From an uncultured virus (IMG/VR IMGVR_UViG_3300047443_000199) (taxonomy: Duplodnaviria; Heunggongvirae; Uroviricota; Caudoviricetes), in IMG/VR virus record IMGVR_UViG_3300047443_000199: a DNA stretch of 64,000 nt, one strand, 5' to 3'. Under the pieces are notes generated by a model, which had not been told where the DNA came from, did not search any database, and worked only from the letters and a program-made list of their open reading frames with translations. The first letter of the stretch is position 1; each line of letters opens with the position of its first letter. A program made the position numbers and the translations under genes. Below are positions 19,126-28,872 of the stretch, piece by piece.

Positions 19126-20435
19126 GTTTGTATCCCCCGTATCACGCTCACAATATCGGTGTTCCGGTGTGCAAAATCATAGGGCGTGATGTGCTTTTCC
19201 CGGTTGGCGTCCAAGTAGTCAGCCCACCACGTCATCATCAGTCGGCGCTCTTCCAGGTGCTCAGCCTTGTGGATATAGGCCGCGCGCACGCCATTGCGCT
19301 CTTGGTGGCTCATTTGCCGCTCAACCGCGTCCCGCGACCACAGGCCGGACTCGACCAACGCGGAACAGGCCATAGTGCGGAACCCGTGCCCGCAAACGTC
19401 TATCTTGGTGTCGTACCCCATGCGGCGCAGTGACTTGTTTACGGTGTTCTCCGACATTGGCCGCCAGTGGTAATGATCTCCTGGCAGCACCAGCTCAAAA
19501 CGACCGCTCAGCCGGCGTATCTGTTCCAGCACCTCAAGCGTCTGGCGTGACAACGGGACAAGGTGCGGAGTCCCCATCTTGGCTCCTCGGTGCGACCTCT
19601 TGACACCCTCGATTGGTGCCCGTTCGCCGGGAATCGTCCACATGCTCCGGGTAAAGTCGAACTCCGACCAGCGAGCAAAACGCAGCTCACTAGAACGAAT
19701 GAACACCAGTAAAGCGAGGCTTACAGCAAGACAGGTAAGCGGTCGTCCGGTGTCAGCCTCGCAGCGTTGCAACAACTCCGGCAACCGCTCAAGGGGCAAG
19801 GCCGGGCGGTGTTTGGTCTTGCGGGTGGCAGTCCCCCCCACCAGATCAAGCGCCGGGTTGTATTCGATGAAATTGCGCTGAACGGCGATTCGCATGATTC
19901 CGGCGATGCGCTGGCGCAGTCGCCCAACCAGATCAAGCGCGCCGCGTTTCTCTACCGCCTTCAGACAGACCAGCAGATCACGGGTTTTCAGGACGGTTAC
20001 GGGGCGCTTGCCCAGCATGGGGAAAAGATCAACCTCAATCTCTTTCAGTACCCTGACCGCGTGATCCTTCGACCATTTGCCGGCCATGCTGGCGTGCCAC
20101 TCCAGGGCCAGCGCCTCAAAGGTGTTCCCCGCCTCATTGGCCGCCTCGATCTTTGCTTGCTTAGCGCTCTCGATGGGGTCTTGGCCATGCGCCAGCAACT
20201 CGAGTGCATCGGCTCGACGCGCGCGGGCGGCTTTCAGAGTGATAGCCGGGTAGTTGCCGAACGTGGCCAGACCAGGCTTACCGCTTGGCTTTTTATACTT
20301 GAAGCGCCAGACCTTGGTGCCGGTAGCCCTTACAAGCAAAAAAAGCCCTTGCCCATCGAACAGGGTGTAGTCCTTTGCGCGGGGTTTGGCGGCCTCGCAT
20401 TTGGGGTCAGTAAGGGGGGTTACAGTGCGCGCCAT
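19122..20435 (-). CDS. int: P4-type integrase with arm-binding domain
   Basis: DGQGLFL N-domain; IRSSELR, HGFR, MSH, AAY motifs; adjacent to tRNA 3' end. Confidence 0.96.
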   Translation of the reverse strand: MARTVTPLTDPKCEAAKPRAKDYTLFDGQGLFLLVRATGTKVWRFKYKKPSGKPGLATFGNYPAITLKAARARRADALELLAHGQDPIESAKQAKIEAANEAGNTFEALALEWHASMAGKWSKDHAVRVLKEIEVDLFPMLGKRPVTVLKTRDLLVCLKAVEKRGALDLVGRLRQRIAGIMRIAVQRNFIEYNPALDLVGGTATRKTKHRPALPLERLPELLQRCEADTGRPLTCLAVSLALLVFIRSSELRFARWSEFDFTRSMWTIPGERAPIEGVKRSHRGAKMGTPHLVPLSRQTLEVLEQIRRLSGRFELVLPGDHYHWRPMSENTVNKSLRRMGYDTKIDVCGHGFRTMACSALVESGLWSRDAVERQMSHQERNGVRAAYIHKAEHLEERRLMMTWWADYLDANREKHITPYDFAHRNTDIVSVIRGIQT

Positions 20436-20524
20436 AGGTATACGCCTCGATATCGAACCGATATATACCTAAACGTATACCTAAATCGTGGGGCTGTACA
20501 GGAACATACGGGGATATTCAGACA

Positions 20525-20553
20525 CAAAAAAACCGGCTACAAGGCCGGTTTCT
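20525..20553 (-). terminator. Rho-independent terminator after tRNA 3' end
   Basis: AAACCGGC-TACAAG-GCCGGTTT with A-run on the left (T-tract on minus strand). Confidence 0.65.
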
Positions 20554-20595
20554 CTAGGTTTCAGGTGTTTACGGGAACATCTGAAATCATACTGT

Positions 20596-20654
20596 TGGTG
20601 CCCGAAGCCGGAATCGAACCGGCACGCCCTTACGAGCGGGGGATTTTAAGTCCC
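20596..20654 (-). repeat. 3' 59 bp of tRNA-Leu(TAA): att core of prophage 2, shared with the satellite; not a complete tRNA
   Basis: Minus strand GGGACTTAAAATCCCCCGCTCGTAAGGGCGTGCCGGTTCGATTCCGGCTTCGGGCACCA; D-arm and 5' acceptor strand absent. Confidence 0.92.
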
Positions 20655-21118
20655 AAGGGAAAATCAATCAGGCCGCACCTCTCAATAGTTTTTCCGGGTC
20701 GCAATCACGCCTTTTTGGCTGCCATCTAGGCCAGTGTTTCCGCATACCTTTCAGAGATTGCGGACCGAAAAAATGACCCATTTCAGCGTCAAAGTATGTT
20801 TCCGTTCCGAAGCGACTTACACCGTAGATATGCCGATCATGCATACCATAGCGTTTCGCTGTGTGGTTCTCGGCCCCTAGCACCCCATGCTGGGGACAGT
20901 AGCGACCTAAGCTATTGTTTTATAACAGATACAGCCTACTTTAAGACCAGCAAAACATCCGTTTTTTGTGTTTTTGCAAACGGTAAACCGGGGCTTGCAG
21001 CGGAGGTTTTGCGCAAGCTGTCGCGAGCGGATGCCAAAGCGGTATTGCAAAACGTCCTGCATTCGTTAGAACCTCGACGTGGCGCAGAATCCTCTGCCCG
21101 CCACCTCAAGGAAAGGAC

Positions 21119-21382
21119 ATGTCTGTAATCACGAAGAGTGACCTGGCTTACAAATACACTTGGTCGGCAGATCAGGGCGACAACCCGAACTACATCGGGA
21201 AGCTGGATCGCGACAAGGTAGATCGGGACGAGGGATATGAAGTTCTGCGTTTTCTGAACAGCATCTGCACAACCAAACCTCAGGCGCTCCAAGCCGAGCG
21301 ACTGATCAAAACCCTGCTCCCAGGCACTGTTCAGAAACGGACAGACATACACCAGTGGCTTATCGATAACTGGAAGAAGTAA
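21119..21382 (+). CDS. 87-aa hypothetical protein
   Basis: AAGGA RBS; followed by hairpin at ~21392-21426. Confidence 0.75.
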   Translation: MSVITKSDLAYKYTWSADQGDNPNYIGKLDRDKVDRDEGYEVLRFLNSICTTKPQALQAERLIKTLLPGTVQKRTDIHQWLIDNWKK

Positions 21383-21650
21383 TCAACGACCGCTGGGAGA
21401 CCGCTCTACTTTGCCGGTCTCTCAGCACCACCATGTCAAGGTGACCGGGTAACAGTCATAACACCTTGACCTATAAGAGAAAATAAGCTTTTCACACCCC
21501 TCTCAAAACCGCCACATCTCCCTATAAGAGTCAATAACTTAGCGTTGTATATTCCTACAGTAGTGCCACCCATCTCCGGCGTTCTGCCGACCTGAACTCC
21601 AAGCCCAGAGCACGCCCATGCTACGCTGAAATCTCCACGGAGGATTCGCG

Positions 21651-21860
21651 ATGCCAAGTTCAGATCTACTCCCTTCCCTACTGTTCAAGCTCAACGAAAA
21701 CCAGCTCGCCCTAGAAGCCGCCATCATGGAGCTTTCAAACTGGGTCGAGCAACGCGGATCTGCCGAGGTTGCCGACAACGTGCACGGCGCCCTTGAAGCC
21801 ATCGATAGGAATGAGGAGTTCATCAAGATGACGCTCGCAGTGATGATGGCGCCGGAGTGA
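21651..21860 (+). CDS. Small prophage-end hypothetical protein
   Basis: GGAGG RBS; NENQLALEAAIMEL helical protein. Confidence 0.75.
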   Translation: MPSSDLLPSLLFKLNENQLALEAAIMELSNWVEQRGSAEVADNVHGALEAIDRNEEFIKMTLAVMMAPE

Positions 21861-22031
21861 CGGCTATCGCAAGCAGCCCCTCGCGACAGGCAAAAAACGG
21901 CCAAAACCAGCTATTGAGGATCTATAAAATCAGGGCCGCTTCAACCGGCTATCATCTTTGATACTCAGAGCGATATCAAAACAACACAAAATCTCCCACC
22001 AAGTCGTTGCCCCAAGCGACAAGGAGTGTCT

Positions 22032-23369
22032 ATGCGTATCAACTTGCTGTCCGCAAGCCTCGGCCTGTGCGTACTTGTTAGTGGCCCGCTGATGGCGGAT
22101 GAAGCTCAAGATTTGCGGAATCAGTTGGAACTGCTCAAAACCCAGAATGAGATTCTGAAGCTGCAAAAGGAGATGGCCACATCGCAGGCTGAAATCCTTA
22201 AGGCACAGTATGGAGTCTCGACCTATAACGCACTCACTGGCGCCACCGAGGGTAAATCGATAGCCGAGGCAGACCGAGACGCTGCCTTGGCAAAGGCGAA
22301 GGCGAAGTACGCTGATGCAGTGGCGTTGAAAGAGATTCTTGGAGACACGAAGGCCACAACTGTCGATGGCTCCATTGCGTTCAAGTCAGATAACGCGCCC
22401 GTCATGTTGCAGTCCCGGCAAGGGGGGCTGATGGCAACACGAGATATCGCGAATGAGCTCTGCGATGCTGTAGGAAGTAACCCAGAGGTCAAAAGGGTGC
22501 TCAATGCAAAAGGGGCGCGGGTTATTCCGATCGACGAAACGAAGTTAGCCTCGATCGTTGCTGCCAAGCTTCGGACCTCACGTTTTGACGCGCTCTACGA
22601 AGCAATTGTGGCCGAGACGAACCTGGGAGGGCTGCCAGGTGGTGTAGGTAAACGCCCTGGCAGTGGATTGATGGATCAGCGGCCAGTTAGTGCCTTCGCA
22701 TTGATCCCCTCACTAATTGCAGTATCCCAGGGATTGAATTTGGTCAACGGGGTCGCGGGGGCCATTCGAACAACCAAATCGATCTCATTGAATGACGTTC
22801 AAACAGCACGGAAGGACCTTTTCGAGTCGAGGTTGAGTGCCTGCAACAACGTGTTTGCAACAGTGTCACTGACTCGCCAAGGGGAGCGCTCGCGGCTTCA
22901 GACTAAACTCAAGGAGTTTGGAGAGAAGCTTCAAACCATGCAGCTCTTCGCTACTACTGTTGCCGAAGAGCGCAAGCACTTCGATGCACTCACGAAGGGC
23001 AAACAGACGACCAAAAACGAGGCAATTAAGCAGCGGGAAGCGCTCGTCGCCCGCATTGCCGCACTTAATCTTACCGATGACGTAGTGCTTGAGGACCTGG
23101 CAATGAATGTCATGGAGGACTCGATCAAGAGCAATCCGATCATGACCTACACCCTTGCCGTTCAAGACATCCAGATCGCCAAGGACCGCTTTCTGATCAA
23201 CGACAAGATTACCTTCCAAGGAACTGCTGAGGTCGTGTTTCAAGTGACGGATGTTAAGGGTAACATTCTGTATGGTGATGCAATCTCACATACCACTGAC
23301 GCTTTTGACGCTCACAGTATGAAAAGCGTCAAAGCCAAACCTACAAAATCGACCGGCATGATCCAGTAG
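22032..23369 (+). CDS. Secreted hypothetical protein with N-terminal coiled coil (moron)
   Basis: AAGGAG RBS; signal peptide; long ORF. Confidence 0.8.
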   Translation: MRINLLSASLGLCVLVSGPLMADEAQDLRNQLELLKTQNEILKLQKEMATSQAEILKAQYGVSTYNALTGATEGKSIAEADRDAALAKAKAKYADAVALKEILGDTKATTVDGSIAFKSDNAPVMLQSRQGGLMATRDIANELCDAVGSNPEVKRVLNAKGARVIPIDETKLASIVAAKLRTSRFDALYEAIVAETNLGGLPGGVGKRPGSGLMDQRPVSAFALIPSLIAVSQGLNLVNGVAGAIRTTKSISLNDVQTARKDLFESRLSACNNVFATVSLTRQGERSRLQTKLKEFGEKLQTMQLFATTVAEERKHFDALTKGKQTTKNEAIKQREALVARIAALNLTDDVVLEDLAMNVMEDSIKSNPIMTYTLAVQDIQIAKDRFLINDKITFQGTAEVVFQVTDVKGNILYGDAISHTTDAFDAHSMKSVKAKPTKSTGMIQ

Positions 23370-23545
23370 GGCCGTACCACCTCGCAATTAGGCAGCGCCT
23401 CAAGTCCGGGGAACCCATTCTTGACGGCAGTTGGTAACCTCCAGTGATCAAGAAGGTCAACTAAGTGCGGTGAACTGGAACGCCACCATTCGCATGAGTG
23501 GTGCCTTCGGAGCAAATGAGGACCGAGTCGAATGGCAGCTTCTGG

Positions 23546-23707
23546 CCGAGGCTGTGTAAAAACGTTTTAGAACACGTTTGACAGTTGGGGCTGGAACAAA
23601 CAACGCGCTCCTACGCAAATTTCTGGTCTGCTGATTACACAAGCACCAGCAGATTTTACGTAGCTACGCAGACTTCAAAACGGCGCATGCGTTTTTACAC
23701 ACTCTGG
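23546..23707 (-). mobile_element. MITE type B copy 3 (inverted)
   Basis: GGCTGTGTAAAAACG...CGTTTTTACACACTC; body is the reverse complement of 8467-8627. Confidence 0.85.
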
Positions 23708-24043
23708 GCCGTGGGCTGCCTTCCGGGAAGGGCAGTTCTGGGTCGAATGCGGTCAGTGCTTTTTAGTAAATGGCAGGGTATAGAAAGGAATTCGCCCCCC
23801 TTCAGGCGGCTATGCAGTCCACCTTAGGCCAGCTAATTCAGTCTTTCCGCTCGAGGTCTGAGGCGCATTGCGGCCAATGGCAGACTCTTGGGTTTCTGGG
23901 GATGTACTTGCGGTACATAGAAGAATGCGGAAAGATCTAGCGTAACGCATAATAAGCGATTCAAGCAGTTCACTACCCTCCCTCGGGACTACGTCTGCAA
24001 TCCCTTAACCTATTCGTCATATACCCCTTTGGAGCCCCCTGCG

Positions 24044-24748
24044 ATGACCTTTGAAGACTGGATGCGCCACCGAGGGCTATCTCCATCATCGGTGAAAAAG
24101 TACGAAGGCGCTATTCGTGGACCGATGTCCGAGTGGGCCATGGATAGCGGTCTTACTCAAGGCCCACTGACTTCATTAATTAGTCAGTCTGCGCTGGAAA
24201 CAATTGCGCCTAAAATCCGTGCGCTACCAATTTATAAAGAGAGAAACGAACGTGGCCATCACATGTACAGCAGCGCTCTTTTAAAATTCTCAGAATATCT
24301 CTCAGAGGATTGTAACAGCGACATTGAATCAGATATTGATGACATTTTGAGTGCTACTGATATTGGCGAGACAGAGAAAAGCAATCTAGTTAAATCGAGA
24401 ATCGGCCAAGGCATTTTCAGGCAAAAACTGGTTTCCTATTGGAATAGTTGTGCCATAACCGGCTTTAAGGACATGAGATTACTAGTCGCCTCACACATAA
24501 AACCCTGGCGCGCCTCAACTAATTCAGAGCGGCTAGATCAATTCAATGGCTTCTTGCTTACCCCAAATCTAGATAAAGCCTTCGATACGGGCTACATAAC
24601 CTTATCGCCAACAGGCAACATAGAGATATCCCCTCTTCTGACAGAACCGGAAATACTAGGTATTTCTCCAAACATGCGCATTTCCCTAGCTCCGGAGCAT
24701 GAGCCATTCCTTGCATTTCACCGCTCCGAGGTATTTCGTGCCACATGA
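24044..24748 (+). CDS. HNH endonuclease with uncharacterised N-terminal domain
   Basis: RIGQGIFR...CAITG...LVASHIKPW...NGFLLTPNLDKAFD. Confidence 0.9.
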   Translation: MTFEDWMRHRGLSPSSVKKYEGAIRGPMSEWAMDSGLTQGPLTSLISQSALETIAPKIRALPIYKERNERGHHMYSSALLKFSEYLSEDCNSDIESDIDDILSATDIGETEKSNLVKSRIGQGIFRQKLVSYWNSCAITGFKDMRLLVASHIKPWRASTNSERLDQFNGFLLTPNLDKAFDTGYITLSPTGNIEISPLLTEPEILGISPNMRISLAPEHEPFLAFHRSEVFRAT

Positions 24749-25004
24749 CAGTACTCTCAACACTGTTCACGTCACTTGGCCAATTTCTGGTGAGATTATA
24801 AAAAAGCCTGGATTTATAGGTTATTGGATTATGGGGGATTATTACTACCCAACACGGTTATTCAAAAAGGACCTTTATCCCCCTAAATCTGTCCTACCTC
24901 CCAGCTTCTAAGTAGAGGACACCTCTGCCATTTAATTACCTGACGTTCAGAGATGTCATCAAAAGACGTTATAAGATCGAGCCCCTTCACTTAGATAATG
25001 ATCT

Positions 25005-25988
25005 CTACGAAAGATAATTGCTACGCACTTCTGCTTGCAGACCTTCATTCTTGAAAAGATAACTCACAATTCTAGGGATCTCCAACTCTAAATAGTTTGC
25101 AAAAAACTTCAACTGAGGGTCGATTGCAGAACGATGATAGTTATGAACCAAGTTGTTTCTAACATCATATATAAGCGTCGGGCGATGAGCATCAGTATAG
25201 TATTTTTCGGTTCTAGCATCTCCCAAAACAGCCCTAACCTGGGCAGCCAATGCAACATCAATTTGTTCACCACCCATATCCAGATAAAACAGGGTGATTA
25301 GTTTTTTCTCCGAGGATAGCTCTGCCATTCTTTCCCGAACAGCTGCTAACGGAAGCCTCTCCTTCCTGTAGTCATTAATCACCTTATAAAACGTGAGATC
25401 CATCGCTAATTCATACAACTGGTAAATCAGCATGAATCGCGCGTACTCATTAGATTCACAAGGAAGAACATCAAAAAAAAGCGTTGCCCAATAGCCATAG
25501 GCTTGAGTGATATCAAAGCACTTATCAACCTTCAGCCTAGGTGAAAATTGAGTTCCCGTTGAGCGAGATATCGACGAATGCTTAGTGCGAAATGGATAAA
25601 CCCCATAACTTAAAAAACTTAAAGACAGCTCACCAATGGTATCTATCCCAGCATCACCCATCAATCGCCGACTGACTACCAGCACATAAGTCCGTTCATC
25701 CAACCCCTTTTCACCCAACAAGCTCATTGCTTCATAAACATGCTTAATAAAATATGGATTACTATTGAAATCATGCTCGATAGAGCTCATAGAAATAAAC
25801 GGAATCAGCCAGCCAATTCTAATATCTCTTGATTTTCCAGGCAAAAAAACCTCAGCAATTTCCTTTTCATCAGCGTCAAACTTCGTATATAAGGCGACCT
25901 CATATGGCCCCATAACTTCCGGATACGGATTTGAATGATATTTTTCGTGAACAAGTTCCTGCATTGGAGTATTCAGATCCATGTTCAC
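25005..25988 (-). CDS. Hypothetical protein with C-terminal HEPN-like RxxxxH motif
   Basis: FMLIYQLYEL...IYDVRNNLVHNY; coupled to upstream gene. Confidence 0.7.
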   Translation of the reverse strand: MNMDLNTPMQELVHEKYHSNPYPEVMGPYEVALYTKFDADEKEIAEVFLPGKSRDIRIGWLIPFISMSSIEHDFNSNPYFIKHVYEAMSLLGEKGLDERTYVLVVSRRLMGDAGIDTIGELSLSFLSYGVYPFRTKHSSISRSTGTQFSPRLKVDKCFDITQAYGYWATLFFDVLPCESNEYARFMLIYQLYELAMDLTFYKVINDYRKERLPLAAVRERMAELSSEKKLITLFYLDMGGEQIDVALAAQVRAVLGDARTEKYYTDAHRPTLIYDVRNNLVHNYHRSAIDPQLKFFANYLELEIPRIVSYLFKNEGLQAEVRSNYLS

Positions 25989-27148
25989 ACCTCAGCGAGC
26001 GCTCGCTTTCTGGCCTTTTCCAACGAATCGTATACCGAGCAAAAAGTACCACCTTCCTTATCCAACAGATTCCGGAAGAATAACTTGAAGAAAATCCTTT
26101 GCCCCGTACCGATCTTTTTAGACTTATCCCGCACATCATCAAGAGCTTTATTTATATATAGCAAGTCATCTTCTGTAAACTTCATTTTCAACCGAGTTCT
26201 TTCAACGCACTCCAACGACTCAATGGCCCCGCTATGTATAAGCTCAGCTACAGCAGCCCCATACCCCGTCAAAGCTTGACTTCGGTTGAAAATCCGGTAC
26301 ACACTTTTTCCAAATGGAGGCCCAACTGTCTTCAGATCCCCATTGAACTCAGCTTCATTTGGGTAAGTCCAGCCAGCAAACTCATTATCAAAAGCTTGCA
26401 CCACTCCATAATATGATCGGACAAACTCAGGAAATTCAATTTTCTTGCCAGCGCTCTCATCAGAGATAAATTCTATCGTCTTAACTGCTTGGAGAATATC
26501 AAATCTATCTAATGGCAGTTCATTTCTTTCAAGAAAAGAGTTATAACCTTCGATCAGGTCAGAAAAACGGTAATCAGTGATCGAGGTGACTGACTCTTCG
26601 TCAGTTTCCTTGAGAATATTGATATCATCCAATTCACTCCCAGCATATTTAGAAAAGAGAATTTCTAGCTGATGACGTAACGTCATTGGCGTTTGGCCGG
26701 TATTCAAAGTCAACATTCTATAAAGAAGTCCGGTCTCACTGATTGATAAATAGACCTCAGCTCTGACCAGGTAATCCTGTTGAGCAAAATGACCAGGATT
26801 ATTGCGGTACACGTCGATGATGGACAACGTTCGCTGCAGCCCATCAAGAATCTTCAAATTATCAGAATCCTCCAAAACTTCATCTAAGCGTTCTTCATCA
26901 TTAACCTGACGATCTAGACTAGCAGTCGACGCGAGAACAATTGGCGGAATGATACAACCTTTCAAGATATCCTCCTTGAGAAGGCTGTACACGCTATTAC
27001 TTCTGCTAACTTTATTTCGTTGGTACACATTATTTTGGACAATCTTTGATGCCAATTCCACATAGTCCTTTATATCAATAATGAACTGAATATTCTTCGA
27101 CTTAACTTTTTTATCATCCAGCACATGTATTATCTGTTTCATGGTCAT
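25985..27148 (-). CDS. ParB/Srx-fold (DUF262/DGQHR-like) protein
   Basis: YQR, IIPPIVL, ILDGLQRT, LNTGQTPM motifs. Confidence 0.78.
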   Translation of the reverse strand: MTMKQIIHVLDDKKVKSKNIQFIIDIKDYVELASKIVQNNVYQRNKVSRSNSVYSLLKEDILKGCIIPPIVLASTASLDRQVNDEERLDEVLEDSDNLKILDGLQRTLSIIDVYRNNPGHFAQQDYLVRAEVYLSISETGLLYRMLTLNTGQTPMTLRHQLEILFSKYAGSELDDINILKETDEESVTSITDYRFSDLIEGYNSFLERNELPLDRFDILQAVKTIEFISDESAGKKIEFPEFVRSYYGVVQAFDNEFAGWTYPNEAEFNGDLKTVGPPFGKSVYRIFNRSQALTGYGAAVAELIHSGAIESLECVERTRLKMKFTEDDLLYINKALDDVRDKSKKIGTGQRIFFKLFFRNLLDKEGGTFCSVYDSLEKARKRALAEV

Positions 27149-27684
27149 CCCTTCTAGTTACCACGATCAATCATCGATATCTTTCACGGTTCAGCAATTC
27201 TGACCCGCAAAGCAAAGCTTAACGGAACTTTGCGTTGGTGTGTGCCTTTCGTGTGGCCCAAGCCTTCCCGCAAACACATTTGAAGAGTCACGGCAACAAT
27301 TGCTTCCAACGCTGTCCCCAACAGTATTTGTCGACGGCTTTCCAGCGGGGTGACGGAAAAGAGAAACCTACGGCGCTATCAGATAGCCACGGAACAATCG
27401 TGGATGTCCGCGCTAGTGCGCTAGCACTCTTGGCTTTTCCGCTGTTATGGCGTACCCCGCACGATCCCAGGACGCGACATTTAATTATGACGTCTACAGG
27501 GGATAAGCGGGGATTCGGCCTTGGAATTCAAGAACCGCATCCCGAAAATCCCCCGCCTCGCTCCGTCACTCCCCGAAAATTTGGCCCAGAAATTTGCCCA
27601 GCCATCTACGGCGTTCTGTCGACAATCCCCAGATCAGTTTCCGCCTCGTCGCCTCATGCTCGCGAAAATCTCACGCCTCGATTA

Positions 27685-27700
27685 CTGTATATTAAAACAG
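27685..27700. promoter_or_regulatory. LexA (SOS) box
   Basis: CTGTATATTAAAACAG (CTG-N10-CAG). Confidence 0.75.
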
Positions 27701-27718
27701 TATTTAATAGGCACCACC

Positions 27719-28057
27719 GTGGACCCATACGAAATCGAAGACACCAGCGATTGGCTTGGCTGTCCGACCCGACTCGAAACCGTTAAGCATTACGCAAGCA
27801 TGCTTGAGGAGGACATCCAGGTACTTAGGCTCCAGCTGCGTGCGGCAAAAGAAAACATCTCCTGCCTGGTCGAAATAAACGCCCAGTTGACTGCCGAGCT
27901 CCAAAAAAATCGAGTATGGATGGCAAACCTTGAAGCGGAAACCACCAATCAGCTGTTGCAGATCCTGATCCTGACACTGGTTTTAGACCAGAAGACCCGA
28001 ATCATTCTTGAGCTACAGGCAGGTAATGGATGCCGCTCTTCAAAAGAGACCACCTAA
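27719..28057 (+). CDS. SOS-box-preceded coiled-coil hypothetical protein
   Basis: GTG start downstream of LexA box; DPYEIEDTSDWLGCPT. Confidence 0.65.
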   Translation: MDPYEIEDTSDWLGCPTRLETVKHYASMLEEDIQVLRLQLRAAKENISCLVEINAQLTAELQKNRVWMANLEAETTNQLLQILILTLVLDQKTRIILELQAGNGCRSSKETT

Positions 28058-28839
28058 CGCCGCCGGCTCCCAGTTCATGATCACCAGTTCACCGCTTACC
28101 TCAGCCTTGCCTTGCCTTGCCGTTGGTTGGTCGTTGTGTAGCGAATGTCCAGCGTCTGAAAGTGAAAGCCTTCGAACACTCGGCGGATGTCCGGGTGGTC
28201 GTTAATGCTGACCATCACCCTGCCCTTACAGCGGCGCATGAAGTCGGCCATGCGCTCGTAGTTTTCAAGCGGAAAATCCACGCCATAGCCTGCGGTCTGC
28301 CAGTACGGCGGGTCCATGTAGTGGAACGTGTGGGCACGGTCGTAGCGTTCGGCGCATTCCAGCCAGGGCAGGTTTTCCACGTAGGTGCCGGAGAGGCGTT
28401 GCCAAGCGGCGGAAAGGTTTTCCTCAATCCGCAACAGGTTGATTGACGGGGTGGTGGTTGCGGTACCGAAGGTCTGCCCGGAAACCTTGCCAGCGAAGGC
28501 ATGGTGTTGCAGGTAGAAAAATCGAGCGGCGCGCTGGATGTCGGTAAGGGTTTCGACGCGCGTCATTTTCTGCCACTCGAACACTTGGCGCGAACTGAGC
28601 GCCCATTTGAATTGGCGCACAAATTCTTCGAGGTGGTTTTGCACCACGCGGTACAACGTCACCAGGTCGCCGTTGATGTCGTTGAGCACTTCCACCGGTG
28701 CCGCCTGGGGCCGCATGAAGTACAGCGCGGCGCCGCCGGCAAAGACTTCGACGTAGCATTCATGAGGGGGAAACAGCGGAATGAGGCGATCGGCCAGGCG
28801 GCGTTTGCCGCCCATCCAAGGAATGATAGGAGTAGACAT
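28040..28839 (-). pseudogene. D12-class DNA adenine methyltransferase with C-terminal frameshift
   Basis: PWMGGKRR, VEVFAGG, DPPY; extra 5-bp unit gives stop at 28096 and leaves ELVIMNW...GGLF out of frame. Confidence 0.85.
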
Positions 28840-28856
28840 GAATAGCAAGACCTTTA

Positions 28857-28872
28857 CTGTATAAATAAACAG
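28857..28872. promoter_or_regulatory. LexA (SOS) box upstream of adenine MTase
   Basis: CTGTATAAATAAACAG. Confidence 0.75.

Larger units (their letters stand above)
2302..20619. mobile_element. Phage satellite/PICI-like integrative element with defence-rich cargo (~18 kb)
   Basis: Bounded by tRNA 3' repeats; identical 21-mer near both ends; P4-type int, alpA, primase Zn finger, RepA-like helicase; no capsid or tail genes. Confidence 0.8.

Noticed and set aside
20596..20680. Functional tRNA-Leu gene
   Set aside because: Similarity stops just past the anticodon stem; no D-arm or 5' acceptor strand, so it is an att duplication.
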